A DNA stretch of 63,620 bases, filler included, from Myxococcota bacterium (GCA_049322255.1; 5 parts of 5 records of this genome joined end to end with filler, not necessarily neighbours in it), one strand, 5' to 3'; numbered from the whole stretch's first letter, positions 25,770 to 38,056 are shown. Numbers and translations: made by a program. The notes: generated by a model not told the origin, from the sequence alone.

Positions 25770-27500
25770 TTGAACCGAGCTTTCTTTTCCCTCGCCTTGA
25801 CGCTGGCGTGCGCGGCGCGGGCGCAAGTCAGCCCCACACAGCTTCCCGGCTTTCAGCTCGAGCGGCTCGAGCTCGACCCCTCCGCCGAGGGAGCGTTGGT
25901 GGTGGGCACCGGGCGGTTGCTCCCCGCGGGCGCTTACCGGGCAGCGGTGGCCTTTCACTACGAGAAAAACCCGATGCTCGCGCGGCTCGACGGCCAGCTC
26001 GTCGGTGCGGTGGTTTCCGACCGCCTCACCGCCCATCTCGTCGGCGCCTACGGGGTGATGGAGGCCCTGGAGCTATCGGTGCGGCTGCCGCTGGTAATCA
26101 CCCAAACCGGAGACGACCTCTCGAGCATCGGCGTGGCCTCGCCGGACCGAGGAGGGCTCTCCACTCCCACCTTGGGTGCCCGCTATCAGCTGCTCAGGTC
26201 CTCCTCCACCGGCTTCGATCTGGCGGCGGGGCTGGACCTGGGGTTGCCCGTGGGCAGTCTGACCGCGCTGGCGCAGGACCCAGGCTTGGGCCTCTCACCG
26301 CGGCTGAGCGCCGGCAGCGACGTGGGGCCGCTGAGGCTCTCGGCGGACGCCGCGTTTCACCTTCGCCCGACCGTGGCCGTGGGACAGACCGAGGTCGGCT
26401 CGCGGGTCGAGCTGGCGATGGCGGGAGCGACCACCGTGGCGGGAAAGACCCGTGGCGAGCTGACCTTCCGCTCCGCGCTTCCTCTCACCTCGGCCCCGGC
26501 CTCCTTCGAGCTCTTGGGAGGAGCTCGTCACCCCATCGGCCCCTTCGAGCTCTTCGTCCTGGGCGGCCCGGGGCTGGGCAAGGCTCCGGGGACGCCGCAG
26601 TTTCGGGTGCTCCTCGGTTTGGGTTACCAAGAGAGCGCCACAGCATCGGCGCCCGCAAGCCTTCCGGAGCCACCTCCGGCGCCCGCCGTCCCTCCCGACA
26701 CAGACAGCGACCAGGACGGGGTGAAGGACGCGGAGGACAAGTGCCGCACCCAGCCGGGGTTGGCCGCCTTCCAGGGGTGCCCTCCTTCAGACAAGGACCA
26801 GGACGGGGTGCTCGACCCCGACGACGCCTGCCCGGAAGAGGTGGGCCTGACCGAGCGCAAGGGCTGTCCTGTGCGCGATGCCGATGGCGACGGCATCGAA
26901 GACAGCTTCGACCTCTGTCCCCAGGAGCCGGGCCTCGCCGAGCTTCGCGGGTGCATCCCCAAAGACACCGACCAAGACGGGGTGGTGGATGAGGTCGACA
27001 ACTGCCCGAACGAGAAGGGCTTCGCGGAGAACCAAGGTTGCCCCAAGAAGAAAAAGCAGCTGGTGGTCATCACCAAGGAGAAGCTGGTGATGAAGGAGAA
27101 AGTCTTTTTCCAAACCGCCAAGGCAACGATTCAACGTCGTTCCTTCCCCCTGCTCGACCAGATTGCCGCTGTCATCCAGGAGCACCCGGAGATTCCAGCC
27201 ATCGACATCGAGGGCCACACCGACGATCGCGGCAGCGCGGACTTCAACCGCCGGCTCTCGCAAGGAAGGGCGGAGTCGGTACGAGCGTACCTTGTGAAGA
27301 AAGGCGTCTTGGCCGACAGGCTTCGGGCCATCGGCTACGGCCCTGACCGTCCGGCGGCGACCAACGACACCGCGGCGGGCAGGGAGGCGAACCGGCGGGT
27401 GGAGCTCACCATCGTCGGCCGCGAGCAGACTTCCATCGAGGTGGAGGACGCCTCGGACCGCAGCGCGGCCCAGCCAAAGAACGCGGAGGACAAGCCATGA
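25770..27500 (+). CDS. OmpA family outer-membrane protein: beta-barrel + TSP3 repeats + OmpA domain (TraB-like architecture)
   Basis: Signal peptide; beta-strand-rich N-terminus; DxDxDGVxDxxDxCP repeats; IEGHTD...LSQGRAESV...NRRVE; GGAG before TTG 25770. Confidence 0.9.
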   Translation: MNRAFFSLALTLACAARAQVSPTQLPGFQLERLELDPSAEGALVVGTGRLLPAGAYRAAVAFHYEKNPMLARLDGQLVGAVVSDRLTAHLVGAYGVMEALELSVRLPLVITQTGDDLSSIGVASPDRGGLSTPTLGARYQLLRSSSTGFDLAAGLDLGLPVGSLTALAQDPGLGLSPRLSAGSDVGPLRLSADAAFHLRPTVAVGQTEVGSRVELAMAGATTVAGKTRGELTFRSALPLTSAPASFELLGGARHPIGPFELFVLGGPGLGKAPGTPQFRVLLGLGYQESATASAPASLPEPPPAPAVPPDTDSDQDGVKDAEDKCRTQPGLAAFQGCPPSDKDQDGVLDPDDACPEEVGLTERKGCPVRDADGDGIEDSFDLCPQEPGLAELRGCIPKDTDQDGVVDEVDNCPNEKGFAENQGCPKKKKQLVVITKEKLVMKEKVFFQTAKATIQRRSFPLLDQIAAVIQEHPEIPAIDIEGHTDDRGSADFNRRLSQGRAESVRAYLVKKGVLADRLRAIGYGPDRPAATNDTAAGREANRRVELTIVGREQTSIEVEDASDRSAAQPKNAEDKP

Positions 27501-29718
27501 TGCGTCACCCTCTTCAGGCGCGGCATCTGGCCGTGGCAGTCGCCCTCGCGGTCGGGTGCACCGAAGCCACCTTGGACACCACGGCCCCAGCCAACACTCC
27601 CGCCGTGCTCCGCCAGGAGGTCAGCCAGTCTTTTGCCGCCGGCTCCCTCATCATCCCGATGGACACCACCTATCAGGACAGCGGGATGCTCAAGGCCTTC
27701 GGGCTGGTCTACCAGCTGATCAAACAGGGAGTGCCGGTCCACTGGGTGATTGCCAGCGGGAAGTCGTTGGGGGGAGTGGACTTCACCGCCAGCGCGACTG
27801 ATTGGCAGACGGGCGCGGCCATCAGCAACCATGGGTACCGGGGCGGCCCCTTCGTCATCGACTCCGCGAACCGGGCGGCCGCGACCCCCATCATCAACGC
27901 CTGGCACGCCGCGACGAACGTGACCACGGTGCACTCGGCCACCGCGGCGTTTACCGGAAACGTGGTTCGCACGCTGACCGCCGCCCCGAAGATCGGCGTG
28001 TTCGTCGACAACAACGAAATCATCGCCTTCCGGTACCTGAACGCGGCCGGAATTACCGACTCCACCGGACAGGCTTGGCCGACGGCCACGGACGCGACCG
28101 GCGTGTACACCGGCTACCCCGACGTGCTCAGCGACGCGGAAGTACGCGGAGCGACCAGCACCGGCGCCGCCGACGGAGTGCTCTTGCGCTCCGACGGAAC
28201 CCCTGCGTTCTGCCAGCTCACCTCGATGCACTACACCCCCCCGGGGGACAACGAGGTGGTGAGGGAGGTGCGAATGTGGCTGAGCTCCGGCCCCGTTCCC
28301 CACGCGTACATGGAGTGCGACGCCATCGACTCCTTCGAGAACAACGTCAACGGGCGCTTCTTGACCACGCTGGGAATCACCGACGACGGCGGCCGGCCGA
28401 ACCCGCTCACCAACCTCACCCCCGACAACACTTTTGCCCAGTACGACGGCCCCCTCTCTTCGGCAGGCGGCTCGATTGCCGCGCTGGCCGTCACCGGAGG
28501 CTCGCAGTACCACGCCAACAGCACGGTGCTCATCAACCAGACGGGACAACCCATCACCCGAAAGGCGATGTGGCTGACGGGTCACCTGGACGGGAATACG
28601 GCCAAGGGGAAGGTCAGCTACCTCACTGGCCACCAGTATTCGACCGCCGTGCCGGTGACAGGGAACAACCAAGCCAACGGGGTGCGGCTGTTCCTCAACA
28701 GTTTGTTCGAGTCTCCCTGCACCACCGCCGCGGGCCAACCCGCCATCTCCCTCACCAAGAGCGCACCCGCCCTCACCAACCAATCGACCATCACCTTCAC
28801 CTTGAGCTACGCCAACACCGGTCCAGGCGTGGCGGAGAACGCCGTGCTGGAAGACACCCTCCCGGCGGGCACCACCTTCGTATCGGCGACCGGTGGAGGG
28901 ACGTTCAGCGCGGGCAAGGTGACCTGGAACCTGGGCAACCTCGGCCCGGGCGCGTCGGGCTCGGTGAGCTTCACCGTCTCGGTGACGACCGACGGCAGCT
29001 ACCCCAACCAAGCGACGATGACGTGGAACGTCTTTCTCACCTCCCAGACGGCGCAGAGCAACACCACCACCACCGTCCGCGACACCGTCGAGCCAGACAC
29101 CGTCATCGACTCCGGTCCGCCGGCGTCCAGCAACTCCGCCAGCGCCGCCTTCGACTTCTCCTCTCCTGAAAGCGGCGTCACCTTCGAGTGCCGGCTGGAC
29201 GGCGCGGCCACGTTCACCGCCTGTACCGATCCTGTCACCTTCACGGGCCTGACCGACGGCACACACACCCTGGAAGTCCGCGCCGTCGATGCCGCGGGCA
29301 ACGTCGACACCTCGCCCGCCACCCACAACTGGACGGTCGACACGACGCCTCCCGCGGCACCGCTCATCACCTCGCCTGCCGATGGGTCGACCACGAGCAA
29401 CTTCACCCCGACGTTCACCGGCACCGCCGAGCCGGGCGCGATCGTCCGAGTCATCGTCGACGGCGTTCTCCTGGGCACGACGGTGGCCGACGCGAGCGGA
29501 AACTGGACGTTCACGCCTTCCTCTCCGCTCACCAGCGGCCCACACTCCGTCGCGGCGGTGGCAGTCGATGGCGTAGGCAACGTCGGGCCTTCGTCCGCCA
29601 CCATCAACTTCACCGTGGATGCCACCGACGCGGGGGCAGCCGATGCAGGTTCGGGCGACGCGGGAGCAGCCGATGCAGGGGCTGGAGACGGAGGTGAAGC
29701 TGATGCAGGGGCCGGCGA
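27497..29718 (+). CDS. Large surface lipoprotein/adhesin with DUF11, Ig-like domains and DAG stalk (truncated by gap)
   Basis: AVGC lipobox; LEDTLPAGTTFVSA (DUF11); PDTVIDSGP and FTGTAEPG Ig-like units; DAG repeats at the contig end. Confidence 0.85.
29626..29718 (+). repeat. ~30-bp tandem repeat encoding a DAG linker
   Basis: cgacgcgggggcagccgatgcagg / cgacgcgggagcagccgatgcagg units; contig breaks here. Confidence 0.7.
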
Positions 29719-29818
29719 NNNNNNNNNNNNNNNNNNNNNNNNNNNNNNNNNNNNNNNNNNNNTTAATTAATTAANNNNNNNNNNNNNNNNNNNNNNNNNN
29801 NNNNNNNNNNNNNNNNNN
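29719..29818. other. Artificial contig linker
   Basis: N-run + TTAATTAATTAA + N-run. Confidence 0.99.
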
Positions 29819-30630
29819 GCGCGCTCGAGCGCGGCGAGCTCCGCGATCGAGAGCGTCTCCGCGCGGCGGCCGGGGTCCACTCCCGCCGCCGCGCATGCTT
29901 TTTGGAGCACCTCGGCCCCGCCCAGCGCGCGGTCGGTCTTGAGCGAGTTGAGAAGCGTCTTGCGCCTTTGCGCGAAGGCGGCCTTCACCACTTGGCGAAA
30001 ATGGGTGTCGCTGGTGACGGGTGCCCGGGGCGCAACCAGCGCGGTGAGCCGCACCACCGCCGAGTCCACCTTGGGCGGCGGGTGAAACGCCCCCGCGGGA
30101 ATGACGAACACCTGCTCCAAGTCGAAGTACAGGCCCAACAACACCGAGAGCAGCCCGTAGTCCCGCCCGCCGGGAGCCGCCACCAGCCGCTCCACGACCT
30201 CTTTTTGCAAGGTGAATACCGCGCGCGAAACCGCGGCGTGCTGCTCGAGCACTTGAAAGAGAATCGGGCTGCTCAGGTGGTACGGCAGATTCCCCACCAC
30301 CTTCACTGGCCGCGCCCCCGCCACGGCGGCGAAGTCGACCTTGGCCGCGTTGGCCTCGACGACGGTGAGCCGCTCCGGTGAAAGCTCGGAGAGCACCTTC
30401 ACCATGTCGCGGTCTTTCTCCACCGCCACCACCCGCGCTCCGGCAGCGAGCAAGAAGCGAGTCAGGTGCCCTAGTCCCGCGCCCAGCTCCACCACCACCT
30501 CGCCCGGGACGAGCGCCGCCGCGTCGGCGATGCCTTCGAGCGCCTCCTCATCGGCGAGGAAGTTCTGCCCCCAGCTCTTCTTGGGAGACAGCCCGTGCCG
30601 CCGAAGAATCGCCTCTGGCGACTCGAGCAT
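29819..30630 (-). CDS. rsmA: 16S rRNA dimethyladenosine transferase (3' end cut by gap)
   Basis: WGQNFL, ELGAGLG, GNLPY, FHPPPKVDS. Confidence 0.95.
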
Positions 30631-30633
30631 CTT

Positions 30634-31632
30634 CTAGAGCCTCCACGCCGCATCGGCGTTGAGCGACCCGTCGGCGCGCACCCCCCGGCGATACGCCTCG
30701 TAACCCGCCACGGCGATCATCGCCCCGTTGTCGGTGCACAGCCGCGGCGGGGGCAAGAAGAGCGACATCTCGCGCTCTGCGGCCCGCTCCTGAGCCAGCG
30801 CACGCAGCCGCGAGTTGGCCGCCACCCCGCCGCACAGCACCACCTGGCTGGCCTTCACTTGACGCGCGTAGGCGAACAGCTTCTTGGTGAGCGAGTCGGC
30901 CACCGCCTCCTGAAAGGAGGCGCACACGTCGGCCAGCGCCTGCCCTTGGGGCACCCCGTGCTTGCGCACGTGGTTCAACACCGCCGTCTTCAGCCCGGAG
31001 AACGACCAATCGAAGATGCCAGGCTCGTTCAGCGCGCGGGGAAAGCGAAACGCGCGCGCATCGCCCTTCTGCGCCAGCTCGTCGATCGGCTGGCCGCCGG
31101 GGTACGAAAGCCCGAGCACCTTGGCCACCTTGTCGTATGCCTCCCCCGCCGCGTCGTCGCGGGTCGAGCCCACCAGCCGGTAGCTGCCGAAGGCCAGGAC
31201 CTCGTAGAGGCTGGTGTGCCCTCCGGACACCACCAGCCCCAAGAAAGGCGGCTCCGGCGCCTTTGGCAAAAGCCGAATGGCGAGCAGGTGCCCCTCCAGG
31301 TGGTTCACCCCCACGAAGGGAATGCCCCGCGCCATGCCCAAAGCCTTGGCGACCTGCACGCCCACCAACAGGGCGCCGACCAGCCCCGGCCCCGAAGTGA
31401 CCGCGAGCAAGTCGACGTCGGCGAGGCTCTTCTTCGCCCGGGAAAGGGCCTCGTCGATCACCGGCATCACCTGCATCACGTGGTTTCGGCTCGCCAGCTC
31501 GGGCACCACCCCACCCCAGCGACGGTGAATCTCCACCTGCGTCGACACCACGTCACTGAGCGCGCGCCGGCCGTCCTCCACCAGCGCCGCCGCGGTTTCG
31601 TCGCAGGAAGTCTCCAGGCCGAGCGTCAGCAC
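30634..31632 (-). CDS. tsaD: tRNA N6-threonylcarbamoyltransferase
   Basis: ETSCDET, HLEGH, VSGGHT, DDAAGEA, CTDNGAMIA. Confidence 0.97.
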   Translation of the reverse strand: MLTLGLETSCDETAAALVEDGRRALSDVVSTQVEIHRRWGGVVPELASRNHVMQVMPVIDEALSRAKKSLADVDLLAVTSGPGLVGALLVGVQVAKALGMARGIPFVGVNHLEGHLLAIRLLPKAPEPPFLGLVVSGGHTSLYEVLAFGSYRLVGSTRDDAAGEAYDKVAKVLGLSYPGGQPIDELAQKGDARAFRFPRALNEPGIFDWSFSGLKTAVLNHVRKHGVPQGQALADVCASFQEAVADSLTKKLFAYARQVKASQVVLCGGVAANSRLRALAQERAAEREMSLFLPPPRLCTDNGAMIAVAGYEAYRRGVRADGSLNADAAWRL

Positions 31633-31646
31633 GAAAGTTCAACGTT

Positions 31647-34199
31647 TTATTGGCCGCTGTCTTTGAGCATCTTGCGGATGTCGGCCGCCGACTTGCCGGT
31701 GGGCGAAAGGAGCAGGTAGCGCTTGTACGGCCCCCAGGCGTCCTTCTCGCGGCCGGTCATCTGGTACGCCATGCCCAGCGCCAGCCAGGCCTGCGCGTTC
31801 GACGCTTCGGCCTTCACCACTTCCTGAAGCAACTTCACCGCCTCCCGGTACCCGGTGTCGCTCATCACCAGGCTGATACCCACCCCGCCCTTGGCCTCCA
31901 CCGAGTCGGGCTGGAGAGAGAGCGCGCGGCGGTAGTGGCCCAGGGCAGTCCGGTAACGCTCGCGCTGCACCGCGAGCTTGGCCTGCTGGAGGGCGCTCGA
32001 GAACTCCGCCTCCGTGTCGGCCGGGGGCGCAGGCTCCACCGCAGCGTCGGGGACCGCTGCCGCCACTACTTCCGGAGGTGGCTTGGGAGGAGCGACCAGC
32101 TCGGGCGGAGGCTCGACCGCCTCGGGGTCTTCCTCCGGGGGGAGCTCGGAAGGAGTCGTCACCACCTCGGGGGGCGGGGGCGCATCCTGCTCCTGGCGGG
32201 ACTGAATCGTGTAGACGATCGCCGCGGCCCCGAACACCAGCACGATGCCGCCCACCACCGCCAGCCACGCCTTCGAACGGGCGGGCGCCTCGAGGGTGAC
32301 GGGGAACTTGTGGGTGGCTTCGTGGTCGCCGTGAACGAAGAAGTCGTCGTCGAGCGAAGGTGCGGCAGGGCGAGACGGTGCCCCATGACCGGGGTAAGGG
32401 GGAAGCGCCAGCTGCGGCGCGGGCGGGGGCACGGAGGTGATGGGGGTGGGTTCGTCGTCCCGCTCGACCTCCTCCACGAGCTGCAGCGACGGGGCCGGCT
32501 GGGCGGGAGGCGCCTGCACCGAGCGTATGCCCATCGCAGGAGTCGGCGTCGACACCACTTTGGGCGGCAAGACCACCGGCTCCACCGCTGCTCCACCGAA
32601 GATGGGCGGCTTGGAGGCCACCGGAGCCTCCGCCACCAGCGGCAAAGGAGCGCTGGGCCCACTCACCTCCTCCTCCCTCTTGGCTTCTTGCAGAGCCACA
32701 CCCGCGGACGAAGGCGAGGACCAGGCACGGTTGGGGGCCCACGTCGACGGCGCGGCGATGCCGCCGTCATCCATCTGGCTCCACTGCTCGAGCAGCCGGT
32801 TGCGGGCCCGCTCCAGCTCGCGCGAGGCCGGAGGCTCCACCAAGAACTGCGACTCGGCCGGGGGGGCCGCCGGAGGGGAAGAAGGCGGAGGCAGCGGCGC
32901 GGGCTCCGGCTCGACGGGGGCGACCGCCGACCCCCGCGGCTTGGGAGAGAACATGATGACGTTCGCCGGGGCCGAAGGCTTGGGCGTCTCGAGCGGCGCT
33001 GGAGGCTCGATCTCGATCGGCGATGCCGTCTGCACCACGTAGGGCGCTTTCCCGTTCGAGCTGGGCTCGGAGGCAGGCGGCGCCACGGGGGCGGGCGCCT
33101 CGAGCACGGGGGGTAGCTCGGGCTCGGCGGCCGCCACCTCTTCGACCACCTCCTGCGGTGCCACCACCTGCACCGGCGGCGCAGGCTCGGGCGGGGGTGC
33201 AGGGGTGTTGAGCCACTCGTCGACGCCCGGCTTGGGAGTGGCCGGGGTTTCGGCCGGCATGGTGCCCAGCTCGCGAATCATCCCCTCGAAGTACAGCTTG
33301 GAGATGATGCCCAGCGCCGCCAAGTCCTCGAAGTCGGAGTCGTCGACCACCTTGGCCAACGCTCGCTTGCCATCGAACAGGCGCAACAGGCCGTTCACCT
33401 CGTCGGGGATTTCAGAAAGCCTCTCCGCCAGCTGGCGGTAGTCAATCTCGAAGATGGTCTCCAGTGGCGGCAGCTGCTCGAGCATGCGCCCCCACTCGTC
33501 GAGGCGGCGCATGCCCTCCATCAACAGCCCCTGGGTGGAGACCTCGATGCGCTCGGGACGATCGACGGGCAAGAACTGCACTTCGAACTTGCCCTCGAAG
33601 GTGTTGAGCATCCGGTAGAAGGCGTTCTCACCCTTGAGCCGGCCCAGCTCGGCGTCGATGACCTTGCCGTCCTTGAAGTAGATGGCGCCGCTGCGCTCGC
33701 CTTCGAGCTTGATCGAGCCCGTCTTGCGGCCCATCTCGAAGGTCTGCACCAAATCGACCACCCCCATGTCGGCCAGCGAGCCGGAAAAGCCCCCCTTGGT
33801 CTCCTTGCGCTCGATTCTCTCCTTCTCCGCCTTGGTGAGAATCATCTTCACGCGGGTGACGATCTCTTTGATGTAGATGGGCTTGGTCAGGTAGTCGTCG
33901 CCGCCCAGCTCCAGTCCCTTGACCTTGAACTCCACCGACTTTTGGTTGGTGAGGAAGACGAAGGGAATGTGGCGGAAACGCTCGTCACCCTTGATCACCT
34001 TGCACAGCTCGAAGCCGTCCATCTCCGGCATCTTGGTGTCGGCCAGCACCAGGTCGGGCGGGCTGATCTGCACCTTGTCGAGCGCGTCTTTGCCGTGCAC
34101 CGCGGTCGTCACCGAGAAGCCGGCCTTCTTCAGGCTGACCTCCATCACGCGAAGGCTCTTCGCGTCGCTGTCGACCAAAAGCAGGTGCTGCTTGGCCAC
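31647..34199 (-). CDS. Response regulator REC + DUF4388 + Pro-rich linker + TM + TPR protein
   Basis: GTG 34199 start; REC (LLVDSD, ADTKMP, TKP); [13 protein letters not shown] (DUF4388); [15 protein letters not shown]-terminal TPR. Confidence 0.85.
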   Translation of the reverse strand: MAKQHLLLVDSDAKSLRVMEVSLKKAGFSVTTAVHGKDALDKVQISPPDLVLADTKMPEMDGFELCKVIKGDERFRHIPFVFLTNQKSVEFKVKGLELGGDDYLTKPIYIKEIVTRVKMILTKAEKERIERKETKGGFSGSLADMGVVDLVQTFEMGRKTGSIKLEGERSGAIYFKDGKVIDAELGRLKGENAFYRMLNTFEGKFEVQFLPVDRPERIEVSTQGLLMEGMRRLDEWGRMLEQLPPLETIFEIDYRQLAERLSEIPDEVNGLLRLFDGKRALAKVVDDSDFEDLAALGIISKLYFEGMIRELGTMPAETPATPKPGVDEWLNTPAPPPEPAPPVQVVAPQEVVEEVAAAEPELPPVLEAPAPVAPPASEPSSNGKAPYVVQTASPIEIEPPAPLETPKPSAPANVIMFSPKPRGSAVAPVEPEPAPLPPPSSPPAAPPAESQFLVEPPASRELERARNRLLEQWSQMDDGGIAAPSTWAPNRAWSSPSSAGVALQEAKREEEVSGPSAPLPLVAEAPVASKPPIFGGAAVEPVVLPPKVVSTPTPAMGIRSVQAPPAQPAPSLQLVEEVERDDEPTPITSVPPPAPQLALPPYPGHGAPSRPAAPSLDDDFFVHGDHEATHKFPVTLEAPARSKAWLAVVGGIVLVFGAAAIVYTIQSRQEQDAPPPPEVVTTPSELPPEEDPEAVEPPPELVAPPKPPPEVVAAAVPDAAVEPAPPADTEAEFSSALQQAKLAVQRERYRTALGHYRRALSLQPDSVEAKGGVGISLVMSDTGYREAVKLLQEVVKAEASNAQAWLALGMAYQMTGREKDAWGPYKRYLLLSPTGKSAADIRKMLKDSGQ

Positions 34200-34325
34200 G
34201 GGGCAATGCCGCCTTTCTTGGGGCGAGGGCTCCCGATGATCAGCGGGCGCCAAGAAACATGTCAACGTTTCGAAGCAGAGTCTGCGCTTGACCTTAGCCG
34301 GTGAGACAGGTCTGTTGCGCTCGCC

Positions 34326-34661
34326 ATGTCGGGCAACCAGCGCCGCTTCTTGCGAAAGATGCTTCAGGTCGACTTCAGGGCCAAGGACGCGCAAGGGGCG
34401 GGGCAGCTTCAGTTCGCTGGGGCAGACCTTTCGGCCGGGGGGACGTTCTTGAAGAGCGATTTGCTCTTCGAGCAAGGCGAGGGGTTTTCTCTCGAGTTTC
34501 GGGTACCCGGCGTGCCCCGGCTGATGCGGGCGCAGGCGCGGGTGGCGTGGGTGCGGCGCTTCCCCAGCGAAGAGGAGCCTGCGGGCATGGGCATCGAGTT
34601 TCTCACCATGAGCGAGGAGGACCGCTCGGTGCTGGTCCGCTACCTCGAGACCCTCACCTAG
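34326..34661 (+). CDS. Stand-alone PilZ domain protein (TIGR02266-like)
   Basis: RRFLR (RxxxR) and DLSAGG (DxSxxG); GMGIEF. Confidence 0.9.
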   Translation: MSGNQRRFLRKMLQVDFRAKDAQGAGQLQFAGADLSAGGTFLKSDLLFEQGEGFSLEFRVPGVPRLMRAQARVAWVRRFPSEEEPAGMGIEFLTMSEEDRSVLVRYLETLT

Positions 34662-37171
34662 CGGAAAAAGCCTTTCTTCTCCTTCTTCTTGCGCATCTCG
34701 ATCAGCCGTAGCTCCTGGTTGGCCTCGAGGTGACGCGGGTTGGCACGAACGGCCTCGCGAAAGTGGCGCTCGGCGCGGTCCACGTCGCCTTCCACCCGGT
34801 AGATGACTCCCAGCTGGTAGTGGGCGCGGTCGCAGTTGTTGTCGGCCTTCAACGCGTCGAGCAGCTGCTGCTTGGCTTGGGGGGCATCTGCCTTGCGCGC
34901 CGGGTTCATGTACACCGCCCAACCCTGGGCAGCCAGGTACTCGGCCTTGGGGTCGAGCGAGTGCGCGCGGCGGTAGTGCTCTTCGGCGCTGGGATAGTCG
35001 CGCTTCTTGAAGAAAACCTCGCCCTTCTTGAACAGCTCGGCCGCCTCCTCGGCGCGCTGACCGGAGCGGCCGGCCGCTACCGGTGGCTGGGCCAGCGTGC
35101 GCAGATACGCGGCGCGCCGGGCGTCATCGTAGAGCGTGTCGTAGGCCTCGCGAATTCCCTCGAAGACCGTGGTCATCTTCGCCGACAGGTGCGACAGCGA
35201 GGGCGGCAACCGGTCAGGGTGGAAGATTTTCGCCAACCCGAGGAAGGCGGTCTTGACGTCCTCCCGCGACGCCTCGCGCGGCAACCCAAGGAGGGTGAAG
35301 TGGTCTTTCTTCTCGGTGATTTCCTTGAAGCGGCGTTCTATCTGCGCCGAGAGCTGCTGGTCTTCCGCCGAGCTCTTCGTGGGCACGCTGGGTGCAGCCG
35401 GAGTCGGCGACTCGGGAATCACCCGGACGTTCGCCTCGGGCGTGGGAGCGGGTCGGCCGCCCCCCATGGCGCCCAGGTTCTCCATCGCGCGGCGCAGGAG
35501 GCGCTGCCGCCGCTTCTTCGCACTTTCTGGATCGGAAGGGTCTGCCACGTCGTTCTCGTCCCAGGCCAAGTCCTCCTCGCCCTGGGGCCCGCCCGCCACG
35601 TTACCACCGCCGTTCGGAACAGGTTCGATGATGGCCTCGACCGTGGCCTCGACGGGCGGCTCGATCGCCGAGGAGTCAGCCGGCGCCGTCCCTACCAGGG
35701 CCTCGAGATTGGCGTCGACGCGCTGCAGCGCCTCTTCGAAGCTGGAGCTTTGGCCTTGGGCAGGAGCGGGGGTCTGCTGGGAGTCGTCGACGATGCGCCA
35801 AAGATCGTCCTCGCCCGCGGCGGCCTGGCTGGAGGGCCCGAAGATGAGCGGCTGGCGCGCCGTCCCCCATTCCGGAATGGCGACTTCCTGGGTGACGACG
35901 GGAACCTCGGTGGTGACCGCCGTGTGCACATCAGGAGAGAGCGCCGGCACCTCGAGGGTGGGGGTCAACGAGCCAGGCGTCGCCGCCGCCTGCACCGGCG
36001 ACTCTTCGTCGAGCCAGGCGTCGTCGGAGCCCGCGCCCGCGCGGCGCAGCGCCTCGTTCATCTCGCGAACGAGATCGTCCTGCGCTTTACGGCGCGCTTC
36101 GCCCATGGCCGCGGTCTCGTCAGGCACGACCGGCGCTTGGGGGCCCGGCTCGGCCGCCACGGTGACCGCATCGGCGGGCAACAGGTCACCCCAGGAAGTT
36201 TCTTCGGTTTGAGAGAGGGGCTCCTGCTCGGCGAGGCGCTCGGAGAGCTGCGCCGTGTCCGTCACCGCGGTGGGCTCGGGGTGGGGGGTTGGCTGGGCGG
36301 CAGGCTCAATCCACTCCGCCTGGAGCTCGATCGCGTCGGGTGGCGCCGATGCGGCCAAATCGATGACGGGAAGCTCGCCGGAAACAGGCTGAAGGGCGGC
36401 CCTCCGTGCCTCTTCCGCAAGCTGCTCCTCCTCCGCGCGCCGGGCTTCTTCCAACTGTCGCGCTTCTTCGGCGAGGCGTTGTTCCTCCGCGCGCCGGGCT
36501 TCTTCTGTCTGTCGCGCCTCTTCGGCGAGCCGCTCCGCCTGCCGCTGTTTCCACGTTTCCTCGCTCAGCGCCTCGACCAGTCCCTCGCGCTGAAGCAACC
36601 GCAGCAATGCCATCTGCTCGCGCGTGGCATGGGAGGCCGGGTTGAGCTCCCCGAACGTTTCCAGGAAGGCCCGTTCGTCCGCCGAGAGCAGCCACGTCTC
36701 GCACGCCGCCACATCGGGGCAACGGAACAGCTCTTGGGTCGTCGCTTCTGGCATGCCGGCCTCGATTGCCGCGCGCACCACGCGGACGCCGGCGACGCTG
36801 GCGCTGATGCTGTCCACCGCGCGCGCCTCGAAACGCGCATTCTCAGCCAACCCGAACAGGCGGCGCACGCTGGCCAGCACCTGGGCCGTCACCGCTTCTT
36901 CGACCGACGCTCCCAACTCCTCGAGGTTGTCCAGCCGAATGCGACCCGCCTCTCCTCGCGCCCACAGCGCGTCGAGTTGCTGCGCGCTGACCTTCCCCGC
37001 CTGGAAGAGCGCCTGCGCCGCTCCCTGAAACCCCAAGGTGACGTTCGCTCCGACGACGTCTCCGTCCTTGAGGACTATCTGCGACTCGCGGCCGAGGGCG
37101 GTCACCGTCATCCATCCGGTGGCCTTCTCTTTGTGAGCGACGTACAGGGTCTCGACGAGCGGGGAGAGCAT
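34658..37171 (-). CDS. DnaJ-domain + TPR protein with long acidic linker
   Basis: DHFTLLG...IFHPDRL J-domain followed by TPRs; EEARR coiled-coil repeats. Confidence 0.85.
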   Translation of the reverse strand: MLSPLVETLYVAHKEKATGWMTVTALGRESQIVLKDGDVVGANVTLGFQGAAQALFQAGKVSAQQLDALWARGEAGRIRLDNLEELGASVEEAVTAQVLASVRRLFGLAENARFEARAVDSISASVAGVRVVRAAIEAGMPEATTQELFRCPDVAACETWLLSADERAFLETFGELNPASHATREQMALLRLLQREGLVEALSEETWKQRQAERLAEEARQTEEARRAEEQRLAEEARQLEEARRAEEEQLAEEARRAALQPVSGELPVIDLAASAPPDAIELQAEWIEPAAQPTPHPEPTAVTDTAQLSERLAEQEPLSQTEETSWGDLLPADAVTVAAEPGPQAPVVPDETAAMGEARRKAQDDLVREMNEALRRAGAGSDDAWLDEESPVQAAATPGSLTPTLEVPALSPDVHTAVTTEVPVVTQEVAIPEWGTARQPLIFGPSSQAAAGEDDLWRIVDDSQQTPAPAQGQSSSFEEALQRVDANLEALVGTAPADSSAIEPPVEATVEAIIEPVPNGGGNVAGGPQGEEDLAWDENDVADPSDPESAKKRRQRLLRRAMENLGAMGGGRPAPTPEANVRVIPESPTPAAPSVPTKSSAEDQQLSAQIERRFKEITEKKDHFTLLGLPREASREDVKTAFLGLAKIFHPDRLPPSLSHLSAKMTTVFEGIREAYDTLYDDARRAAYLRTLAQPPVAAGRSGQRAEEAAELFKKGEVFFKKRDYPSAEEHYRRAHSLDPKAEYLAAQGWAVYMNPARKADAPQAKQQLLDALKADNNCDRAHYQLGVIYRVEGDVDRAERHFREAVRANPRHLEANQELRLIEMRKKKEKKGFFR

Positions 37172-37191
37172 GCGCAGCTGTGCAGTCTAGC

Positions 37192-37671
37192 TCAGGTGGG
37201 CGCGCCGCCCAGTTGTCGGAGCGCTTCGTACGCCGCCACCCCCACCGCGGTCGACAAATTGAGCGACCTTCGCTGGGGGAGCATGGGTATCGACACCACC
37301 TCTCCTGAGCCTCCAAAAAGAACGTCCTTGGGCAGGCCCGCCGTCTCCGAGCCGAACACCAGGTGGTCGCCCGGCAAAAAACGCACCTGGTACAGCGAGC
37401 GCTCGGCCCGCGCGGAGAAGAGAAGCCGACGCGCGCGAGGGTGCTCCGCCAGGTAGGCGGGGTAGTCGGGGTAGAGGCGCAAGAACACCTGGTGCCAATA
37501 GTCGAGGCCGGCGCGCCGAAGCTCACGGTCGGCCAATGAGAAGCCCAGCGGCTCGACGAGGAGGAGCTTGCAACCCGTCACCGCGCACAGCCGGGCGACA
37601 TTGCCGGTGTTGGGAGGAATCTGAGGAGAAACCAGCACCAGATGCAGGGGCGAAGACAGGGGCGAGAGCAT
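37192..37671 (-). CDS. trmL: tRNA (cytidine/uridine34-2'-O)-methyltransferase
   Basis: PQIPPNTGN, RRAGLDYW, FGSETAGL, RSLNLS. Confidence 0.93.
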   Translation of the reverse strand: MLSPLSSPLHLVLVSPQIPPNTGNVARLCAVTGCKLLLVEPLGFSLADRELRRAGLDYWHQVFLRLYPDYPAYLAEHPRARRLLFSARAERSLYQVRFLPGDHLVFGSETAGLPKDVLFGGSGEVVSIPMLPQRRSLNLSTAVGVAAYEALRQLGGAPT

Positions 37672-37689
37672 GGGTTAAGCAGGCTTTGC

Positions 37690-38043
37690 GTGGCGTTCCG
37701 GGTGACCAACCAGACCCAGGGTAAGATTTTGGCCGACCGGGTGGTCGAAGCGAGGAGCTTTCTGCACCGCTTCCTCGGGCTGATGGGCCGCGCCGAGCTG
37801 CCCTTCGGAGAGGGGCTGCACATCGTGCCCTGCCGTTCGATTCACACCTTCTTCATGCGCGTCCCCATCGACGCGATCTTCCTCGATGACAGCGGCCGGG
37901 TGGTCAAGACCTACCCCGCCCTCCCCCCTTGGCGCCTGAGCGGAATGTACTTGCGCGCGCATTCGGTGCTCGAGCTGCCATCAGGAACGGTGGCGGGCAG
38001 TGGTACCATGGAAGGTGATCGGCTGTCGTTCGAACCGGTGTAG
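37690..38043 (+). CDS. DUF192 protein
   Basis: RFLGLMGR, SIHTFFMRVPID, VLELPSG. Confidence 0.85.
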   Translation: MAFRVTNQTQGKILADRVVEARSFLHRFLGLMGRAELPFGEGLHIVPCRSIHTFFMRVPIDAIFLDDSGRVVKTYPALPPWRLSGMYLRAHSVLELPSGTVAGSGTMEGDRLSFEPV

Positions 38044-38056
38044 AATGCTCCCCCAC

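Noticed and set aside
26690..27050. Regularly spaced repeats resembling an array
   Set aside because: Coding TSP3 calcium-binding repeats, not CRISPR
36405..36535. ~54-bp tandem repeats
   Set aside because: They encode the EEARR coiled coil within the DnaJ-TPR gene
1503..37456. Many long antisense or alternate-frame ORFs (e.g. 1503-3602, 27335-29545, 34730-37456)
   Set aside because: Shadow ORFs expected in high-GC DNA opposite well-supported genes; no motifs
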